Source of the DNA: Squalus acanthias
Lineage: Eukaryota
Length of the DNA: 64,000 bases
Assembly: GCA_030390025.1 (NCBI GenBank)
Contig: CM059441.1
Coordinates: 62,434,001 to 62,498,000, forward strand
Direction: 5' to 3'
Shown: piece after piece, positions 15,001-30,000 of the stretch
Position numbering within the stretch: position 1 is the stretch's first letter
Layout of the letters: each line of letters begins with the position of its first letter
Position numbers and translations under genes: made by a program
Notes under the pieces: model-generated
The model's database searches: none
The model's input: the letters and a program-made list of their open reading frames with translations, nothing else
Told to the model about the DNA's origin: nothing

Positions 15001-18000
15001 AGTGTTGGGTTTGATTATTGATATTGAACAGTGTTGGGTTTGATTATTGATATTGAACAGTGTTGGGTTTGATTATTGATATTGAACAGTGTTGGTTTGA
15101 TTATTGATATGAACAGTGTTGGGTTTGATTATTGATATTGAACAGTGTTGGGTTTGATTATTGATATTGAACAGTGTTGGGTTTGATTATTGATATTGAA
15201 CAGTGTTGGGTTTGATTATTGATACTGAAAAGTGTTGGGTTTGATTATTGATATTGAACAGTGTTGGTTTGATTATTGATATTGAACAGTGTTGGGTTTG
15301 ATTATTGATATTGAACAGTGTTGGGTTTGATTATTGATATTGAACAGTGTTGGGTTTGATTATTGATATTGAACAGTGTTGGGTTTGATTATTGATATTG
15401 AACAGTGTTGGGTTTGATTATTGATATTGAACAGTGTTGGGTTTGATTATTGATATTGAACAGTGTTGGGTTTGATTATTGATATTGAACAGTGTTGGGT
15501 TTGATTATTGATATTGAACAGTGTTGGGTTTGATTATTGATATTGAACAGTGTTGGGTTTGATTATTGATATTGAACAGTGTTGGGTTTGATTATTGATA
15601 TTGAACAGTGTTGGGTTTGATTATTGATATTGAACAGTGTTGGGTTGATTATTGATATTGAACAGTGTTGGGTTTGATTATTGATATTGAACAGTGTTGG
15701 GTTTGATTATTGATATTGAACAGTGTTGGGTTTGATTATTGATATTGAACAGTGTTGGGTTTGATTATTGATATTGAACAGTGTTGGGTTTGATTATTGA
15801 TATTGAACAGTGTTGGGTTTGATTATTGATATTGAACAGTGTTGGGTTTGATTATTGATATTGAACAGTGTTGGGTTTGATTATTGATATTGAACAGTGT
15901 TGGGTTTGATTATTGATATTGAACAGTGTTGGGTTTGATTATTGATATTGAACAGTGTTGGGTTTGATTATTGATATTGAACAGTGTTGGGTTTGATTAT
16001 TGATATTGAACAGTGTTGGGTTTGATTATTGATATTGAACAGTGTTGGGTTTGATTATTGATATTGAACAGTGTTGGGTTTGATTATTGATATTGAACAG
16101 TGTTGGGTTTGATTATTGATATTGAACAGTGTTGGGTTTGATTATTGATATTGAACAGTGTTGGGTTTGATTATTGAACAGTGTTGGGTTTGATTATTGA
16201 TATTGAACAGTGTTGGGTTTGATTATTGATATTGAACAGTGTTGGGTTTGATTATTGATATTGAACAGTGTTGGGTTTGATTATTGATATTGAACAGTGT
16301 TGGGTTTGATTATTGATATTGAACAGTGTTGGGTTTGATTATTGATATTGAACAGTGTTGGGTTTGATTATTGATATTGAACAGTGTTGGTTTGATTATT
16401 GATATTGAACAGTGTTGGGTTTGATTATTGATATTGAACAGTGTTGGGTTTGATTATTGATATTGAACAGTGTTGGGTTTGATTATTGATATTGAACAGT
16501 GTTGGGTTTGATTATTGATATTGAACAGTGTTGGGTTTGATTATTTAAACAGTGTTGGGTTTGATTATTGATATTGAACAGTGTTGGGTTTGATTATTGA
16601 TATTGAACAGTGTTGGTTTTGATTATTGATATTGAACAGTGTTGGGTTTGATTATTGATATTGAACAGTGTTGGGTTTGATTATTGATATTGAACAGTGT
16701 TGGGTTTGATTATTGATATTGAACAGTGTTGGGTTTGATTATTGATATTGAACAGTGTTGGGTTTGATTATTGATATTGAACAGTGTTGGGTTTGATTAT
16801 TGATATTGAACAGTGTTGGGTTTGATTATTGATATTGAACAGTGTTGGGTTTGATTATTGATATTGAACAGTGTTGGGTTTGATTATTGATATTGAACAG
16901 TGTTGGGTTTGATTATTGATATTGAACAGTGTTGGGTTTGATTATTGATATTGAACAGTGTTGGGTTTGATTATTGATATTGAACAGTGTTGGGTTTGAT
17001 TATTGATATTGAACAGTGTTGGGTTTGATTATTGATATTGAACAGTGTTGGGTTTGATTATTGATATTGAACAGTGTTGGGTTTGATTATTGATATTGAA
17101 CAGTGTTGGGTTTGATTATTGATATTGAACAGTGTTGGGTTTGATTATTGATATTGAACAGTGTTGGGTTTGATTATTGATATTGAACAGTGTTGGGTTT
17201 NNNNNNNNNNNNNNNNNNNNNNNNNNNNNNNNNNNNNNNNNNNNNNNNNNNNNNNNNNNNNNNNNNNNNNNNNNNNNNNNNNNNNNNNNNNNNNNNNNNN
17301 NNNNNNNNNNNNNNNNNNNNNNNNNNNNNNNNNNNNNNNNNNNNNNNNNNNNNNNNNNNNNNNNNNNNNNNNNNNNNNNNNNNNNNNNNNNNNNNNNNNN
17401 TATTGATATTGAACAGTGTTGGGTTTGATTATTGATATTGAACAGTGTTGGGTTTGATTATTGATATTGAACAGTGTTGGGTTTGATTATTGATATTGAA
17501 CAGTGTTGGGTTTGATTATTGATATTGAACAGTGTTGGGTTTGATTATTGATATTGAACAGTGTTGGGTTTGATTATTGATATTGAACAGTGTTGGGTTT
17601 GATTATTGATATTGAACAGTGTTGGGTTTGATTATTGATATTGAACAGTGTTGGGTTTGATTATTGATATTGAACAGTGTTGGGTTTGATTATTGATATT
17701 GAACAGTGTTGGGTTTGATTATTGATATTGAACAGTGTTGGGTTTGATTATTGATACTGAACAGTGTTGGGTTTGATTATTGATATTGAACAGTGTTGGG
17801 TTTGATTATTGATATTGAACAGTGTTGGGTTTGATTATTGATATTGAACAGTGTTGGGTTTGATTATTGATATTGAACAGTGTTGGGTTTGATTATTGAT
17901 ATTGAACAGTGTTGGGTTTGATTATTGATATTGAACAGTGTTGGGTTTGATTATTGATATTGAACAGTGTTGGGTTTGATTATTGATATTGAACAGTGTT

Positions 18001-21000
18001 GGGTTTGATTATTGATATTGAACAGTGTTGGGTTTGATTATTGATATTGAACAGTGTTGGGTTTGATTATTGATATTGAACAGTGTTGGGTTTGATTATT
18101 GATATTGAACAGTGTTGGGTTTGATTATTGATATTGAACAGTGTTGGGTTTGATTATTGATATTGAACAGTGTTGGGTTTGATTATTGATATTGAACAGT
18201 GTTGGGTTTGATTATTGATATTGAACAGTGTTGGGTTTGATTATTGATATTGAACAGTGTTGGGTTTGATTATTGATATTGAACAGTGTTGGGTTTGATT
18301 ATTGATATTGAACAGTGTTGGGTTTGATTATTGATATTGAACAGTGTTGGGTTTGATTATTGATATTGAACAGTGTTGGGTTTGATTATTGATATTGAAC
18401 AGTGTTGGGTTTGATTATTGATATTGAACAGTGTTGGGTTTGATTATTGATATTGAACAGTGTTGGGTTTGATTATTGATATTGAACAGTGTTGGGTTTG
18501 ATTATTGATATTGAACAGTGTTGGGTTTGATTATTGATATTGAACAGTGTTGGGTTTGATTATTGATATTGAACAGTGTTGGGTTTGATTATTGATATTG
18601 AACAGTGTTGGGTTTGATTATTGATATTGAACAGTGTTGGGTTTGATTATTGATATTGAACAGTGTTGGGTTTGATTATTGATATTGAACAGTGTTGGGT
18701 TTGATTATTGATATTGAACAGTGTTGGGTTTGATTATTGATATTGAACAGTGTTGGGTTTGATTATTGATATTGAACAGTGTTGGGTTTGATTATTGATA
18801 TTGAACAGTGTTGGGTTTGATTATTGATATTGAACAGTGTTGGGTTTGATTATTGATATTGAACAGTGTTGGGTTTGATTATTGATATTGAACAGTGTTG
18901 GGTTTGATTATTGATATTGAACAGTGTTGGGTTTGATTATTGATATTGAACAGTGTTGGGTTTGATTATTGATATTGAACAGTGTTGGGTTTGATTATTG
19001 ATATTGAACAGTGTTGGGTTTGATTATTGATATTGAACAGTGTTGGGTTTGATTATTGATATTGAACAGTGTTGGGTTTGATTATTGATATTGAACAGTG
19101 TTGGGTTTGATTATTGATATTGAACAGTGTTGGGTTTGATTATTGATATTGAACAGTGTTGGGTTTGATTATTGATATTGAACAGTGTTGGGTTTGATTA
19201 TTGATATTGAACAGTGTTGGGTTTGATTATTGATATTGAACAGTGTTGGGTTTGATTATTGATATTGAACAGTGTTGGGTTTGATTATTGATATTGAACA
19301 GTGTTGGGTTTGATTATTGATATTGAACAGTGTTGGGTTTGATTATTGATATTGAACAGTGTTGGGTTTGATTATTGATACTGAACAGTGTTGGGTTTGA
19401 TTATTGATATTGAACAGTGTTGGGTTTGATTATTGATATTGAACAGTGTTGGGTTTGATTATTGATATTGAACAGTGTTGGGTTTGATTATTGATATTGA
19501 ACAGTGTTGGGTTTGATTATTGATATTGAACAGTGTTGGGTTTGATTATTGATATTGAACAGTGTTGGGTTTGATTATTGATATTGAACAGTGTTGGGTT
19601 TGATTATTGATATTGAACAGTGTTGGGTTTGATTATTGATAGTGAACAGTGTTGGGTTTGATTATTGATATTGAACAGTGTTGGGTTTGATTATTGATAT
19701 TGAACAGTGTTGGGTTTGATTATTGATATTGAACAGTGTTGGGTTTGATTATTGATATTGAACAGTGTTGGGTTTGATTATTGATATTGAACAGTGTTGG
19801 GTTTGATTATTGATATTGAACAGTGTTGGGTTTGATTATTGATATTGAACAGTGTTGGGTTTGATTATTGATATTGAACAGTGTTGGGTTTGATTATTGA
19901 TATTGAACAGTGTTGGGTTTGATTATTGATATTGAACAGTGTTGGGTTTGATTATTGATATTGAACAGTGTTGGGTTTGATTATTGATATTGAACAGTGT
20001 TGGGTTTGATTATTGATATTGAACAGTGTTGGGTTTGATTATTGATATTGAACAGTGTTGGGTTTGATTATTGATATTGAACAGTGTTGGGTTTGATTAT
20101 TGATATTGAACAGTGTTGGGTTTGATTATTGATATTGAACAGTGTTGGGTTTGATTATTGATATTGAACAGTGTTGGGTTTGATTATTGATATTGAACAG
20201 TGTTGGGTTTGATTATTGATATTGAACAGTGTTGGGTTTGATTATTGATATTGAACAGTGTTGGGTTTGATTATTGATATTGAACAGTGTTGGGTTTGAT
20301 TATTGATATTGAACAGTGTTGGGTTTGATTATTGATATTGAACAGTGTTGGGTTTGATTATTGATATTGAACAGTGTTGGGTTTGATTATTGATATTGAA
20401 CAGTGTTGGGTTTGATTATTGATATTGAACAGTGTTGGGTTTGATTATTGATATTGAACAGTGTTGGGTTTGATTATTGATATTGAACAGTGTTGGGTTT
20501 GATTATTGATATTGAACAGTGTTGGGTTTGATTATTGATATTGAACAGTGTTGGGTTTGATTATTGATATTGAACAGTGTTGGGTTTGATTATTGATATT
20601 GAACAGTGTTGGGTTTGATTATTGATATTGAACAGTGTTGGGTTTGATTATTGATATTGAACAGTGTTGGGTTTGATTATTGATATTGAACAGTGTTGGG
20701 TTTGATTATTGATATTGAACAGTGTTGGGTTTGATTATTGATATTGAACAGTGTTGGGTTTGATTATTGATATTGAACAGTGTTGGGTTTGATTATTGAT
20801 ATTGAACAGTGTTGGGTTTGATTATTGATATTGAACAGTGTTGGGTTTGATTATTGATATTGAACAGTGTTGGGTTTGATTATTGATATTGAACAGTGTT
20901 GGGTTTGATTATTGATATTGAACAGTGTTGGGTTTGATTATTGATATTGAACAGTGTTGGGTTTGATTATTGATATTGAACAGTGTTGGGTTTGATTATT

Positions 21001-24000
21001 GATATTGAACAGTGTTGGGTTTGATTATTGATATTGAACAGTGTTGGGTTTGATTATTGATATTGAACAGTGTTGGGTTTGATTATTGATATTGAACAGT
21101 GTTGGGTTTGATTATTGATATTGAACAGTGTTGGGTTTGATTATTGATATTGAACAGTGTTGGGTTTGATTATTGATATTGAACAGTGTTGGGTTTGATT
21201 ATTGATATTGAACAGTGTTGGGTTTGATTATTGATATTGAACAGTGTTGGGTTTGATTATTGATATTGAACAGTGTTGGGTTTGATTATTGATATTGAAC
21301 AGTGTTGGGTTTGATTATTGATATTGAACAGTGTTGGGTTTGATTATTGATATTGAACAGTGTTGGGTTTGATTATTGATATTGAACAGTGTTGGGTTTG
21401 ATTATTGATATTGAACAGTGTTGGGTTTGATTATTGATATTGAACAGTGTTGGGTTTGATTATTGATATTGAACAGTGTTGGGTTTGATTATTGATATTG
21501 AACAGTGTTGGGTTTGATTATTGATATTGAACAGTGTTGGGTTTGATTATTGATATTGAACAGTGTTGGGTTTGATTATTGATATTGAACAGTGTTGGGT
21601 TTGATTATTGATATTGAACAGTGTTGGGTTTGATTATTGATATTGAACAGTGTTGGGTTTGATTATTGATATTGAACAGTGTTGGGTTTGATTATTGATA
21701 TTGAACAGTGTTGGGTTTGATTATTGATATTGAACAGTGTTGGGTTTGATTATTGATATTGAACAGTGTTGGGTTTGATTATTGATATTGAACAGTGTTG
21801 GGTTTGATTATTGATATTGAACAGTGTTGGGTTTGATTATTGATATTGAACAGTGTTGGGTTTGATTATTGATATTGAACAGTGTTGGGTTTGATTATTG
21901 ATATTGAACAGTGTTGGGTTTGATTATTGATATTGAACAGTGTTGGGTTTGATTATTGATATTGAACAGTGTTGGGTTTGATTATTGATATTGAACAGTG
22001 TTGGGTTTGATTATTGATATTGAACAGTGTTGGGTTTGATTATTGATATTGAACAGTGTTGGGTTTGATTATTGATATTGAACAGTGTTGGGTTTGATTA
22101 TTGATATTGAACAGTGTTGGGTTTGATTATTGATATTGAACAGTGTTGGGTTTGATTATTGATATTGAACAGTGTTGGGTTTGATTATTGATATTGAACA
22201 GTGTTGGGTTTGATTATTGATATTGAACAGTGTTGGGTTTGATTATTGATATTGAACAGTGTTGGGTTTGATTATTGATATTGAACAGTGTTGGGTTTGA
22301 TTATTGATATTGAACAGTGTTGGGTTTGATTATTGATATTGAACAGTGTTGGGTTTGATTATTGATATTGAACAGTGTTGGGTTTGATTATTGATATTGA
22401 ACAGTGTTGGGTTTGATTATTGATATTGAACAGTGTTGGGTTTGATTATTGATATTGAACAGTGTTGGGTTTGATTATTGATATTGAACAGTGTTGGGTT
22501 TGATTATTGATATTGAACAGTGTTGGGTTTGATTATTGATATTGAACAGTGTTGGGTTTGATTATTGATATTGAACAGTGTTGGGTTTGATTATTGATAT
22601 TGAACAGTGTTGGGTTTGATTATTGATATTGAACAGTGTTGGGTTTGATTATTGATATTGAACAGTGTTGGGTTTGATTATTGATATTGAACAGTGTTGG
22701 GTTTGATTATTGATATTGAACAGTGTTGGGTTTGATTATTGATATTGAACAGTGTTGGGTTTGATTATTGATATTGAACAGTGTTGGGTTTGATTATTGA
22801 TATTGAACAGTGTTGGGTTTGATTATTGATATTGAACAGTGTTGGGTTTGATTATTGATATTGAACAGTGTTGGGTTTGATTATTGATATTGAACAGTGT
22901 TGGGTTTGATTATTGATATTGAACAGTGTTGGGTTTGATTATTGATATTGAACAGTGTTGGGTTTGATTATTGATATTGAACAGTGTTGGGTTTGATTAT
23001 TGATATTGAACAGTGTTGGGTTTGATTATTGATATTGAACAGTGTTGGGTTTGATTATTGATATTGAACAGTGTTGGGTTTGATTATTGATATTGAACAG
23101 TGTTGGGTTTGATTATTGATATTGAACAGTGTTGGGTTTGATTATTGATATTGAACAGTGTTGGGTTTGATTATTGATATTGAACAGTGTTGGGTTTGAT
23201 TATTGATATTGAACAGTGTTGGGTTTGATTATTGATATTGAACAGTGTTGGGTTTGATTATTGATATTGAACAGTGTTGGGTTTGATTATTGATATTGAA
23301 CAGTGTTGGGTTTGATTATTGATATTGAACAGTGTTGGGTTTGATTATTGATATTGAACAGTGTTGGGTTTGATTATTGATATTGAACAGTGTTGGGTTT
23401 GATTATTGATATTGAACAGTGTTGGGTTTGATTATTGATATTGAACAGTGTTGGGTTTGATTATTGATATTGAACAGTGTTGGGTTTGATTATTGATATT
23501 GAACAGTGTTGGGTTTGATTATTGATATTGAACAGTGTTGGGTTTGATTATTGATATTGAACAGTGTTGGGTTTGATTATTGATATTGAACAGTGTTGGG
23601 TTTGATTATTGATATTGAACAGTGTTGGGTTTGATTATTGATATTGAACAGTGTTGGGTTTGATTATTGATATTGAACAGTGTTGGGTTTGATTATTGAT
23701 ATTGAACAGTGTTGGGTTTGATTATTGATATTGAACAGTGTTGGGTTTGATTATTGATATTGAACAGTGTTGGGTTTGATTATTGATATTGAACAGTGTT
23801 GGGTTTGATTATTGATATTGAACAGTGTTGGGTTTGATTATTGATATTGAACAGTGTTGGGTTTGATTATTGATATTGAACAGTGTTGGGTTTGATTATT
23901 GATATTGAACAGTGTTGGGTTTGATTATTGATATTGAACAGTGTTGGGTTTGATTATTGATATTGAACAGTGTTGGGTTTGATTATTGATATTGAACAGT

Positions 24001-27000
24001 GTTGGGTTTGATTATTGATATTGAACAGTGTTGGGTTTGATTATTGATATTGAACAGTGTTGGGTTTGATTATTGATATTGAACAGTGTTGGGTTTGATT
24101 ATTGATATTGAACAGTGTTGGGTTTGATTATTGATATTGAACAGTGTTGGGTTTGATTATTGATATTGAACAGTGTTGGGTTTGATTATTGATATTGAAC
24201 AGTGTTGGGTTTGATTATTGATATTGAACAGTGTTGGGTTTGATTATTGATATTGAACAGTGTTGGGTTTGATTATTGATATTGAACAGTGTTGGGTTTG
24301 ATTATTGATATTGAACAGTGTTGGGTTTGATTATTGATATTGAACAGTGTTGGGTTTGATTATTGATATTGAACAGTGTTGGGTTTGATTATTGATATTG
24401 AACAGTGTTGGGTTTGATTATTGATATTGAACAGTGTTGGGTTTGATTATTGATAGTGAACAGTGTTGGGTTTGATTATTGATATTGAACAGTGTTGGGT
24501 TTGATTATTGATATTGAACAGTGTTGGGTTTGATTATTGATATTGAACAGTGTTGGGTTTGATTATTGATATTGAACAGTGTTGGGTTTGATTATTGATA
24601 TTGAACAGTGTTGGGTTTGATTATTGATATTGAACAGTGTTGGGTTTGATTATTGATATTGAACAGTGTTGGGTTTGATTATTGATATTGAACAGTGTTG
24701 GGTTTGATTATTGATATTGAACAGTGTTGGGTTTGATTATTGATATTGAACAGTGTTGGGTTTGATTATTGATATTGAACAGTGTTGGGTTTGATTATTG
24801 ATATTGAACAGTGTTGGGTTTGATTATTGATATTGAACAGTGTTGGGTTTGATTATTGATATTGAACAGTGTTGGGTTTGATTATTGATATTGAACAGTG
24901 TTGGGTTTGATTATTGATATTGAACAGTGTTGGGTTTGATTATTGATATTGAACAGTGTTGGGTTTGATTATTGATATTGAACAGTGTTGGGTTTGATTA
25001 TTGATATTGAACAGTGTTGGGTTTGATTATTGATATTGAACAGTGTTGGGTTTGATTATTGATATTGAACAGTGTTGGGTTTGATTATTGATATTGAACA
25101 GTGTTGGGTTTGATTATTGATATTGAACAGTGTTGGGTTTGATTATTGATATTGAACAGTGTTGGGTTTGATTATTGATATTGAACAGTGTTGGGTTTGA
25201 TTATTGATATTGAACAGTGTTGGGTTTGATTATTGATATTGAACAGTGTTGGGTTTGATTATTGATATTGAACAGTGTTGGGTTTGATTATTGATATTGA
25301 ACAGTGTTGGGTTTGATTATTGATATTGAACAGTGTTGGGTTTGATTATTGATATTGAACAGTGTTGGGTTTGATTATTGATATTGAACAGTGTTGGGTT
25401 TGATTATTGATATTGAACAGTGTTGGGTTTGATTATTGATATTGAACAGTGTTGGGTTTGATTATTGATATTGAACAGTGTTGGGTTTGATTATTGATAT
25501 TGAACAGTGTTGGGTTTGATTATTGATATTGAACAGTGTTGGGTTTGATTATTGATATTGAACAGTGTTGGGTTTGATTATTGATATTGAACAGTGTTGG
25601 GTTTGATTATTGATATTGAACAGTGTTGGGTTTGATTATTGATATTGAACAGTGTTGGGTTTGATTATTGATATTGAACAGTGTTGGGTTTGATTATTGA
25701 TATTGAACAGTGTTGGGTTTGATTATTGATAGTGAACAGTGTTGGGTTTGATTATTGATATTGAACAGTGTTGGGTTTGATTATTGATATTGAACAGTGT
25801 TGGGTTTGATTATTGATATTGAACAGTGTTGGGTTTGATTATTGATATTGAACAGTGTTGGGTTTGATTATTGATATTGAACAGTGTTGGGTTTGATTAT
25901 TGATATTGAACAGTGTTGGGTTTGATTATTGATATTGAACAGTGTTGGGTTTGATTATTGATAGTGAACAGTGTTGGGTTTGATTATTGATATTGAACAG
26001 TGTTGGGTTTGATTATTGATATTGAACAGTGTTGGGTTTGATTATTGATACTGAACAGTGTTGGGTTTGATTATTGATATTGAACAGTGTTGGGTTTGAT
26101 TATTGATATTGAACAGTGTTGGGTTTGATTATTGATATTGAACAGTGTTGGGTTTGATTATTGATATTGAACAGTGTTGGGTTTGATTATTGATATTGAA
26201 CAGTGTTGGGTTTGATTATTGATATTGAACAGTGTTGGGTTTGATTATTGATACTGAACAGTGTTGGGTTTGATTATTGATATTGAACAGTGTTGGGTTT
26301 GATTATTGATATTGAACAGTGTTGGGTTTGATTATTGATATTGAACAGTGTTGGGTTTGATTATTGATATTGAACAGTGTTGGGTTTGATTATTGATATT
26401 GAACAGTGTTGGGTTTGATTATTGATATTGAACAGTGTTGGGTTTGATTATTGATATTGAACAGTGTTGGGTTTGATTATTGATATTGAACAGTGTTGGG
26501 TTTGATTATTGATATTGAACAGTGTTGGGTTTGATTATTGATATTGAACAGTGTTGGGTTTGATTATTGATAATGAACAGTGTTGGGTTTGATTATTGAT
26601 ACTGAACAGTGTTGGGTTTGATTATTGATATTGAACAGTGTTGGGTTTGATTATTGATATTGAACAGTGTTGGGTTTGATTATTGATATTGAACAGTGTT
26701 GGGTTTGATTATTGATATTGAACAGTGTTGGGTTTGATTTGATATGAACAGTGTTGGGTTTGATTATTGATATTGAACAGTGTTGGGTTTGATTATTGAT
26801 ACTGAACAGTGTTGGGTTTGATTATTGATACTGAACAGTGTTGGGTTTGATTATTGATATTGAACAGTGTTGGGTTTGATTATTGATATTGAACAGTGTT
26901 GGGTTTGATTATTGATACTGAACAGTGTTGGGTTTGATTATTGATATTGAACAGTGTTGGGTTTGATTATTGATATTGAACAGTGTTGGGTTTGATTATT

Positions 27001-30000
27001 GAACAGTGTTGGGTTTGATTATTGATACTGAACAGTGTTGGGTTTGATTATTGATATTGAACAGTGTTGGGTTTGATTATTGATATTGAACAGTGTTGGG
27101 TTTGATTATTGATATTGAACAGTGTTGGGTTTGATTATTGATATTGAACAGTGTTGGGTTTGATTATTGATATTGAACAGTGTTGGGTTTGATTATTGAT
27201 ATTGAACAGTGTTGGGTTTGATTATTGATATTGAACAGTGTTGGGTTTGATTATTGATATTGAACAGTGTTGGGTTTGATTATTGATACTGAACAGTGTT
27301 GGGTTTGATTATTGATATTGAACAGTGTTGGGTTTGATTATTGATATTGAACAGTGTTGGGTTTGATTATTGATAGTGAACAGTGTTGGGTTTGATTATT
27401 GATATTGAACAGTGTTGGGTTTGATTATTGATATTGAACAGTGTTGGGTTTGATTATTGATAGTGAACAGTGTTGGGTTTGATTATTGATAGTGAACAGT
27501 GTTGGGTTTGATTATTGATATTGAACAGTGTTGGGTTTGATTATTGATATTGAACAGTGTTGGGTTTGATTATTGATAGTGAACAGTGTTGGGTTTGATT
27601 ATTGATATTGAACAGTGTTGGGTTTGATTATTGATATTGAACAGTGTTGGGTTTGATTATTGATAGTGAACAGTGTTGGGTTTGATTATTGATATTGAAC
27701 AGTGTTGGGTTTGATTATTGATATTGAACAGTGTTGGGTTTGATTATTGATAGTGAACAGTGTTGGGTTTGATTATTGATATTGAACAGTGTTGGGTTTG
27801 ATTATTGATACTGAACAGTGTTGGGTTTGATTATTGATATTGAACAGTGTTGGGTTTGATTATTGATATTGAACAGTGTTGGGTTTGATTATTGATATTG
27901 AACAGTGTTGGGTTTGATTATTGATAGTGAACAGTGTTGGGTTTGATTATTGATATTGAACAGTGTTGGGTTTGATTATTGATATTGAACAGTGTTGGGT
28001 TTGATTATTGATAGTGAACAGTGTTGGGTTTGATTATTGATATTGAACAGTGTTGGGTTTGATTATTGATAGTGAACAGTGTTGGGTTTGATTATTGATA
28101 TTGAACAGTGTTGGGTTTGATTATTGATATTGAACAGTGTTGGGTTTGATTATTGATATTGAACAGTGTTGGGTTTGATTATTGATATTGAACAGTGTTG
28201 GGTTTGATTATTGATATTGAACAGTGTTGGGTTTGATTATTGATATTGAACAGTGTTGGGTTTGATTATTGATATTGAACAGTGTTGGGTTTGATTATTG
28301 ATATTGAACAGTGTTGGGTTTGATTATTGATATTGAACAGTGTTGGGTTTGATTATTGATATTGAACAGTGTTGGGTTTGATTATTGATATTGAACAGTG
28401 TTGGGTTTGATTATTGATATTGAACAGTGTTGGGTTTGATTATTGATAGTGAACAGTGTTGGGTTTGATTATTGATATTGAACAGTGTTGGGTTTGATTA
28501 TTGATAGTGAACAGTGTTGGGTTTGATTATTGATATTGAACAGTGTTGGGTTTGATTATTGATACTGAACAGTGTTGGGTTTGATTATTGATATTGAACA
28601 GTGTTGGGTTTGATTATTGATACTGAACAGTGTTGGGTTTGATTATTGATATTGAACAGTGTTGGGTTTGATTATTGATAGTGAACAGTGTTGGGTTTGA
28701 TTATTGATACTGAACAGTGTTGGGTTTGATTATTGATATTGAACAGTGTTGGGTTTGATTATTGATATTGAACAGTGTTGGGTTTGATTATTGAACAGTG
28801 TTGGGTTTGATTATTGATACTGAAGAAAGTTGGGTTTGATTATTGATATTGAACAGTGTTGGGTTTGATTATTGATATTGAACAGTGTTGGGTTTGATTA
28901 TTGATTGAACAGTGTTGGGTTTGATTATTGATACTGAACAGTGTTGGGTTTGATTATTGATAGTGAACAGTGTTGGGTTTGATTATTGATATTGAACAGT
29001 GTTGGGTTTGATTATTGATAGTGAACAGTGTTGGGTTTGATTATTGATATTGAACAGTGTTGGGTTTGATTATTGATATTGAACAGTGTTGGGTTTGATT
29101 ATTGATACTGAACAGTGTTGGGTTTGATTATTGATATTGAACAGTGTTGGGTTTGATTATTGATACTGAACAGTGTTGGGTTTGATTATTGATATTGAAC
29201 AGTGTTGGGTTTGATTATTGATAGTGAACAGTGTTGGGTTTGATTATTGATACTGAACAGTGTTGGGTTTGATTATTGATATTGAACAGTGTTGGGTTTG
29301 ATTATTGATATTGAACAGTGTTGGGTTTGATTATTGAACAGTGTTGGGTTTGATTATTGATACTGAACAGTGTTGGGTTTGATTATTGATATTGAACAGT
29401 GTTGGGTTTGATTATTGATATTGAACAGTGTTGGGTTTGATTATTGATATTGAACAGTGTTGGGTTTGATTATTGATATTGAACAGTGTTGGGTTTGATT
29501 ATTGATATTGAACAGTGTTGGGTTTGATTATTGATATTGAACAGTGTTGGGTTTGATTATTGATATTGAACAGTGTTGGGTTTGATTATTGATATTGAAC
29601 AGTGTTGGGTTTGATTATTGATATTGAACAGTGTTGGGTTTGATTATTGATATTGAACAGTGTTGGGTTTGATTATTGATATTGAACAGTGTTGGGTTTG
29701 ATTATTGATAGTGAACAGTGTTGGGTTTGATTATTGATATTGAACAGTGTTGGGTTTGATTATTGATATTGAACAGTGTTGGGTTTGATTATTGATATTG
29801 AACAGTGTTGGGTTTGATTATTGATAGTGAACAGTGTTGGGTTTGATTATTGATATTGAACAGTGTTGGGTTTGATTATTGATATTGAACAGTGTTGGGT
29901 TTGATTATTGATAGTGAACAGTGTTGGGTTTGATTATTGATATTGAACAGTGTTGGGTTTGATTATTGATACTGAACAGTGTTGGGTTTGATTATTGATA

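Noticed and set aside
17161-17435. ORFs spanning the N run
   Set aside because: Artefacts of translating the assembly gap.
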